64,000 nt of DNA, from assembly GCA_047495785.1 (NCBI GenBank), contig JBLDXI010000024.1, positions 2,418,001-2,482,000 of the forward strand, read 5' to 3'. Below, one piece after another: positions 58,453 through 64,000 of the stretch. Source of the stretch: Lepidodermella squamata. Its lineage: Eukaryota > Animalia > Gastrotricha. Both the position numbers and the translations under genes were made by a program. The notes under the pieces are model-generated. The model ran no database searches and was not told the DNA's origin. It was given only the letters and a program-made list of their open reading frames with translations. Position 1 is the stretch's first letter. Each line of letters starts with the position of its first letter.

Positions 58453-61030
58453 TCATTTTCCGTACTCGATTTCGCATATAAACCACATTTTATCATTGCA
58501 GCTGTTATCCGCCCATTTTCCCGTCTTTTCAACCCACATAACGGCACACGCGTTTGCGCCATCATTTGGCTCGCCTGAATTCCAAAATGTCCAGGTAGCT
58601 GGCTCGCCATTGTCCCAAGTCGCTGCTGCTGCGTTATTGATAGTTTTCAGACCGATATGAATAATATTTGGCGTGAAATATTGATCTGGGGGAAATAATC
58701 AAGGCTTAAACTTGAAATGTACAGAGGAGCCTGTAACTAACTTCCACCGCCTTTCATCGTTATGGCTTGCACGAACATATGCTCGTCGTAGGTGGTGAGA
58801 GTCGCCAAGTGCCAGCCCATTTTTCCGCAAATAGTGTTCGCCTCGTCGTGGGTCGCGAAATACGTGTACAATTTGTAGCAGCTGCCCCTGAAGTAGTACG
58901 GGCACCACTCTTCGACCTTCATCAAGCACATCGGATTAGCATCGCCACTCAACGGCTCGACTGTCCAGTCATAGCCATCGCTTGCAGAAGGATTATTGGA
59001 AATCGCGGCATGGGGCATCAAAGGACTGTCGAACACTTGGTTATTCGCCCAGTCAGATTCAGCTGTAGGGTAAAACGTTAGTAACAAGTGAACTCATGAA
59101 ATGAGATTTACGGCAAAGTGGAACGTTGCACCTTTCGGCTACACCGTTGTCGCTGCGATAGCACCAAACGCTATCGTTGAAGACTGCGGAGCTTGGGTTG
59201 CGGCAATAGGCGTGGGACGTGTACCAATTAGGAAATTGCTGCCAGCTGTTGATGAAAGATGAGTTCACGTTGTCCCACGATCGGCACGGCACCCCGCTCG
59301 CAGTCTGAGCTAAGGTGCCGTAGTACTCACGGCCAGCTGGGGTGAATCGACATTCTGAAGGCCACGACATGGAGATGGCTTAAAAGCAAAGAGAAAATGA
59401 TTTTGCGTTTACAAAATAGGAAAAGAGAAAAAATACGCGTCTCGCAGATTGCGTAAGTATCAACTGTGCAGCAACTGCATGGAAAGTCTTGCATGAACAC
59501 CGCCCTAAACCCTGGAACGCCTGTCTGCCAGGCAGCTCCGGGGGGCATGCGTCCGCAGTTCTCGCTGGTGCCTCCTCCTGGTTCACTGATTATTTTAAAC
59601 AAGTTCTATTGACTTTATCGAGGATAGAAACACTTTTACTTGGGGTACCATCGCCACCTGTCGTAGGTTGGGTCGGTATAGGTAACAGATCTATCCAATG
59701 TTGTCCAGTTTCCTTCTTGAGCTTCATCCGTAATATCTGGCCAGAAGGCCATACCAACGCGAGATGCCCCGTAGCTGGCCATAACTTGCTTCCGGAAGTC
59801 ACTTGTTGTGATGAGTTTTCCTCCCATCCGACGGCAGTTGTCGTAGGCCGCACTTCGGCCACTAGCTGCTCGGTAAATGGTAAGACATGTGTCACGGAAT
59901 CTTATACCGTATGGGCAAGGGCCACTGTTGATATTATTTGGCTCATAATACTCAATACCGGGGCTCGACGCTCTTTGCGTGTCGAAACAAACTTTAGTCT
60001 TAAGCCAGCATCCTTTATCTGAAGGTCGCCAGGTTAAAGCAACACATCCGAGTGTCTCAGCGCAAACCTTCTGACATTGAAGCCGGGAAAGCCCGTATAG
60101 AGTAGTCATATCGCTACCAACGCACTGCATATTGCCTCCAATTAACATAGGAGGCCGGTCAGCACTAACTTTCTCATAAAACCAAATTTCGGAGTTTAAT
60201 GCAGCGCTAGGGTTATCACAAGAGCGGTATTTGACGCAGCATTTGCTTATAGTATCGACGTAAACGAACGCCACGCATTGGCCGTTAAACGTTTTGTCGC
60301 AAAGTCGTGCGCAATCTGCGAGGCCAATCGGCTGTCGGCATTGCAGATCATTCCCACCACAGTCGCCTCTTCTTCTCACGTAGCCTGGGACCTTCTCAAC
60401 AGGCCGGGCCCATAGATTCGAATCGAAAAGTGAGTAGCCTGTCCACCATTTTGGGATATTTGAATAATTCGAAGCCAGAACCTACGAGAGATTTTATGAT
60501 AAATTTCTGTACTTAAATTTTCCCATTTTAGTTACATTATAGAGGTAAGTCCGTTGCTCTGGTGTTTCGAACGTCACTAAACTTGACATGTGGAGCTCCT
60601 CGCAATACTGCCAAGCTGCAGGTCTCTTGCTTGGGCTGTTATTTGGCGGGATGTAGTAGCATCTTTTTGAAGCGGCGTCCATTTGCCAATTCGGAGGGCA
60701 AAAGAAGCGCTTGTGGTACATCTGATGCTGGAAAGCTAGGTCAGCCTTCATTCTTGGTAGCGGGGTAGGAGCATCAGGGTGTAAGTAGACCTTGCAAGAC
60801 TGAAAGGCCTTGCTATAGGCGAAGCTGTTGCAGTTCCTGATTTGGCAATAGAACACACACTCAGCACTTATTGCTGCGGCTACTTCGAAAATAGGTTGGA
60901 GATTAGCCGGTAGTGAGTTGGCGAAGTCGGGATTCGCGATCCACTCATAGATTATTGATGCTTGTTGAGCTTGAACCGCAATAAAGCGTTGAAAACTCAA
61001 GACGGCTAAGACTTTTACGAGTAGGGCCAT
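58453..61030 (-). CDS. Secreted mosaic lectin: PAN - partial CTL - PAN - PAN - CTL - kringle - CTL(EPN); about 6 exons
   Basis: PAN motifs (CARLCD..CVAFVY..CCVK; CQKVCAETLGCVALTW..CWLK); CTL starts CPPNW..CYY and CPYGIRFRDTC; kringle YYGTLAQTASGVPCRSW..YCRNP..WCY. The last exon encodes HIGL..W.SGEPNDG.NAC..W.D.SC..FICE, with TGA at 58455-58453. Confidence 0.85.
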
Positions 61031-61584
61031 TGAAATGTTACCCCAATTTCGAAGAGTTCCTTCTACCTCTGTCGCGATTTGGACAGTGCGTGGCTGCTGG
61101 ACTGCTGGAACTTTCCAAACAATAGCGCTTATAAATTGATTCCATCAGAAAATGTTCACACTTCGCTTGGTACAGCACAATTTGTTGCGAGTCGAAGTAT
61201 GCTCCCAAGCAACGAAGCGGGTTTCGAAGGCTCCTGCCTTCAATTGGTTTCAATTGTTATTACTTCATCGTTGAACGTCAACGGCTGAAAAATACGCTCA
61301 AGGTGAGAGACTTAATAGTATGGCTCTTCCACGTAATGCCGCGCTAGAACAATTCGCACCTTAACACTTCCAAAATTAGCAATACATATTGATTAAATTA
61401 TTTAACAGTCCTAGGCAACCATTCAGTGCCGCGGCAGATACACAGAACTTGCAATAATGTCATTCATTTCATTATCATCAAATAAAAAGTGGGATCGCGG
61501 CTAGCGCAATAATGAAATATCGCCCTTATTGTTACTATTTTCCATACTCTTTTGCGTCAGCAAACGTAAGAAGTCCATATGATA

Positions 61585-62139
61585 CCGTATTTCTCGAAAA
61601 TATTCACCTCGAAAATATTTGTGATTGAACCAAAAAATGTATAGGGTTGTAATCGGGGTGGGGGGTATTTTCGAGGTGCGGTATATTTATGATCCATCAA
61701 CAATTTTTCAGAAATTTGGTAAATACTGCTAACAACACGCTTCCGTTTTATTGGACCGAAGCGTGAAAAAGAAGATGACTTGTGCATTTTGTTGATGTTT
61801 TATCAGTTAGTTTTAGTTCTTACGAACGGAACACGAAATAAGCCATGAAATCAGTAACATTGAATAGATATTTCGGAAGGAATTCACTGTAAAATTCGAA
61901 ATGATCCTCTCCCATTTCGCCCTTCATGCCTCTATTGAGTTATCGTTGATAATCCTATGCCCAGCCCAAGCTAAGCAACAGCCTGATGGTGTGATTATAT
62001 CGCTTTTAAAATGGATTGATACTGCGCTCCGTTTTTTTGAATAACATGGGGTAGAATTACGAGGTGCGGTATATTTATGATCAAACGGAAAGTTTGGTAG
62101 GGTTGTATTCGGGGTGTGGGATATTTTCGAGAAATACTG
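61585..62139. mobile_element. Pogo/Tc2-like MITE
   Basis: TIRs CCGTATTTCTCGAAAATAT and ATATTTTCGAGAAATACTG, TA on both sides; duplicated internal CGAGGTGCGGTATATTTATGATC and TAGGGTTGTA.TCGGGGTG blocks. Confidence 0.85.
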
Positions 62140-62188
62140 TATTTTTTATTTTGATTTTTCAATCAAATAATTTAAGATGGGTCTTCTT

Positions 62189-62339
62189 GCACATTTACGG
62201 ATCCGCTGTGGTTTCCTCCGGCCATTAAAACGCCGGGAAAGGCCAGTTTTCCTTAACAATTATTTGCTCGCACGCAATTGGTCGATTCAAAAATTAACGC
62301 GGGAGTCACATTAATGCCACTGCGGATCCGTAAATGTGC
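62189..62339. mobile_element. 151-bp MITE/hairpin element
   Basis: Perfect 18-bp inverted repeats GCACATTTACGGATCCGC (62189-62206) and GCGGATCCGTAAATGTGC (62322-62339). Flanks GTCTTCTT / GTCTTCGA resemble an 8-bp TSD. Confidence 0.7.
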
Positions 62340-62539
62340 GTCTTCGACAGGCGTCACCCTGAAGAACCGGCGCCTTGGACACCCGAGGTCATGCAGGCAA
62401 TCGACGATGCTTTGGTGGCTGATGTGAGTTAATTTCTCATTTATCATTTATCAACTAGTCATCCACCTTGAATTTTTTATAGAAAACAACTTTACGGGCC
62501 GTCCAGGTCTAATTATCTCGCCATCGCGCGAATTTCGAC

Positions 62540-63426
62540 ATCGCCATGATTCCCGAGAAGGCTATCGTCGCCTACCTGAAACAGAAGGAGCGGGCGCTGC
62601 TACCCGACGATTCGCCGGTCACCTTGGCTGACCTGGAGCGTTTTTGCGAAATTAGGCTGCAAGTGCCTGAATTCTGATGGGGACCAGCGATTGGAGGCGC
62701 AAGTTTCACCCCACTGTCATCGCTTTGACGAAGGGCGAGACGAAGGAGGATTATGCTGCTGTTCTGTTTGGCTTGAAGACCACTTACAGGTTGGCCTTGT
62801 TTACCCTCTTTGAGAGTTTAACTGTTCACTAATATCATTTAGACGCGCCCAGCTGCGCGTGTGCGCGACGGTGCGAAAGCGATCGCCGACGCAATTGAAA
62901 CTGTATGGGGTCCGGATATGGTCCAGGTCAACTGCTGGGCCCACGTGACGCGCAACTACGACAAGCGCCTGGATAAGGAAGTTGAGCCGAAAGACCGCAA
63001 GAACAAGGAAGAAGTGGCGTAAGTGTGGAAGCTGAAGCAGCAACTGGCTAGCGAAGTCAGTTTGGTTCAGCTGTCCCACTGCGACGAAATGTTTGAGGCA
63101 AGCAGCGGTCTGTTTGCGGGTTATTGGTTAGCCGATTCTCGATTTGTTACATTCATCGAGTACTTTCGGCACTAATACATCGATGACCCTCTCATGAATA
63201 AGTGGTATGAGGGAGCCGCGCCCGACTGCCCGGCAACTAATAACCCCAACGAGTCGGGGAATTCAATGTACAAACGACTGTTCACTCTATTTCAACAGAA
63301 GAAAGTCCTCAAAGTGTTGAATAAAAATGACGAAGAAGTGATGCCATTCTGGTCTACTCTCCGGCGGCCTGATGGTGTTGATTTCAAGAAGAACGGGTTT
63401 CATGAATCTGTGAAAATTGATGAGAA
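62540..63426 (+). pseudogene. Degenerate Mutator/MULE DDE transposase
   Basis: Frame VRDGAKAIADAIETVWGPD..NCWAHVTRN (second Asp and CxxH at ~62933) and WYEGAAPDCPATNNPNESGN (catalytic Glu motif). In-frame TAA at 63020 and 63173. Upstream ALTKGETKEDY segment. Confidence 0.8.
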
Positions 63427-63728
63427 CATTGTGTTTGAGGTTGTAAGTTGAAAAATATCTGCACGCTGATTGGTCAGTTGGCTCGTATCCATGACTCCGC
63501 CTTGCTACTTGATCGTACGATCTATATAGTTTGTGGCTTTCATTATTTTTATGAAGGCCGTATCGTAGCACGCGTTTCCAACAAATGCGTAAAACCATTC
63601 ATAAAAAAGATATTTTTTGCAAACATTTTATGGATCGCACGATCAAGTAGCAAGGCGGAGTCATGGATACGAGCCAACTGACCAATCAGCGTGCAGATTT
63701 TTTTCAACTTACAACCTCAAACACAATG
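63427..63728. mobile_element. Foldback-type element with ~95-bp near-perfect TIRs, inserted at the 3' end of the MULE remnant
   Basis: CATTGTGTTTGAGGTTGTAAGTTGAAAAA.ATCTGCACGCTGATTGGTCAGTTGGCTCGTATCCATGACTCCGCCTTGCTACTTGATCG at the left end, with its reverse complement ending at 63728. Confidence 0.88.
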
Positions 63729-63921
63729 AAGTTGCCTGGAAATTTGACTATTTGGCATTTCTTAGTGGAACCAGTGAATCCACAATTATCTGATTGGTCG
63801 GGCGGTTTCAAGTCTGTGATTGGTTGGTTCAAAAAGCACGCGATACGCACATTTTAACTTTTTTTCTGCGATTGCTTTTTCCATGATATAGTAGAGTGTA
63901 CCTATTCGACTATAAGAAGGC

Positions 63922-63994
63922 AGGATTGTGGCTCAGTGGACGAAACATCTGATCAAGTATCAGAAGATTCCAGGTTCGACTCTTGGCAGCTTCG
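63922..63994 (+). pseudogene. tRNA-Arg(ACG)-derived pseudogene or SINE head
   Basis: A-box TGGCTCAGTGG, anticodon stem TCTGA..TCAGA, and the AGATTCCAGGTTCGACTC B-box/T-arm typical of eukaryotic tRNA-Arg(ACG). The acceptor stem is mismatched and the loop reads TC-AAG-TA. Confidence 0.7.
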
Positions 63995-64000
63995 AAATAT

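Noticed and set aside
1-64000. Prokaryotic or viral origin, or an alternative genetic code, to explain the fragmented ORFs
   Set aside because: The fragments join through canonical short spliceosomal introns under the standard code, and the domain content is metazoan.

Overview
This window is eukaryotic DNA from a compact, AT-rich invertebrate animal genome. Most introns are minimal GT-AG introns of about 50-60 bp, and there are no prokaryotic operons or CRISPR arrays. It is dominated by tandem families of secreted or cell-surface proteins: (i) four GT32 (DxD, MIPC-synthase/SUR1-like) glycosyltransferases; (ii) three modular proteases built as signal peptide - CBM14/peritrophin-A repeats - LamG/ConA-like domain - trypsin; (iii) four highly divergent synaptophysin-like (MARVEL) 4-TM genes; (iv) four intronless GABA-B-like class C GPCRs with almost no C-terminal tail. 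Single genes include a frameshifted Cys-loop channel pseudogene, an HSD17B12/KAR-like SDR, a zinc-ligand-less astacin-EGF-CUB-kringle pseudoenzyme, an orphan 8-TM protein, a membrane-anchored VWA7-like protein, a probable tandem-domain GPI-anchored cyclase-family protein and a PAN/C-type-lectin/kringle mosaic. Several MITEs (one nested in another), a dead Mutator transposase, a foldback element and a tRNA-Arg-derived pseudogene are also present. The most striking signal is in the proteases: in all three, the catalytic His sits on a symmetric, in-frame-skippable micro-exon (21-33 nt), and in one copy both flanking introns use GC donors. All gene models were reconstructed by hand, and family assignments come from motif recognition, not database searches.
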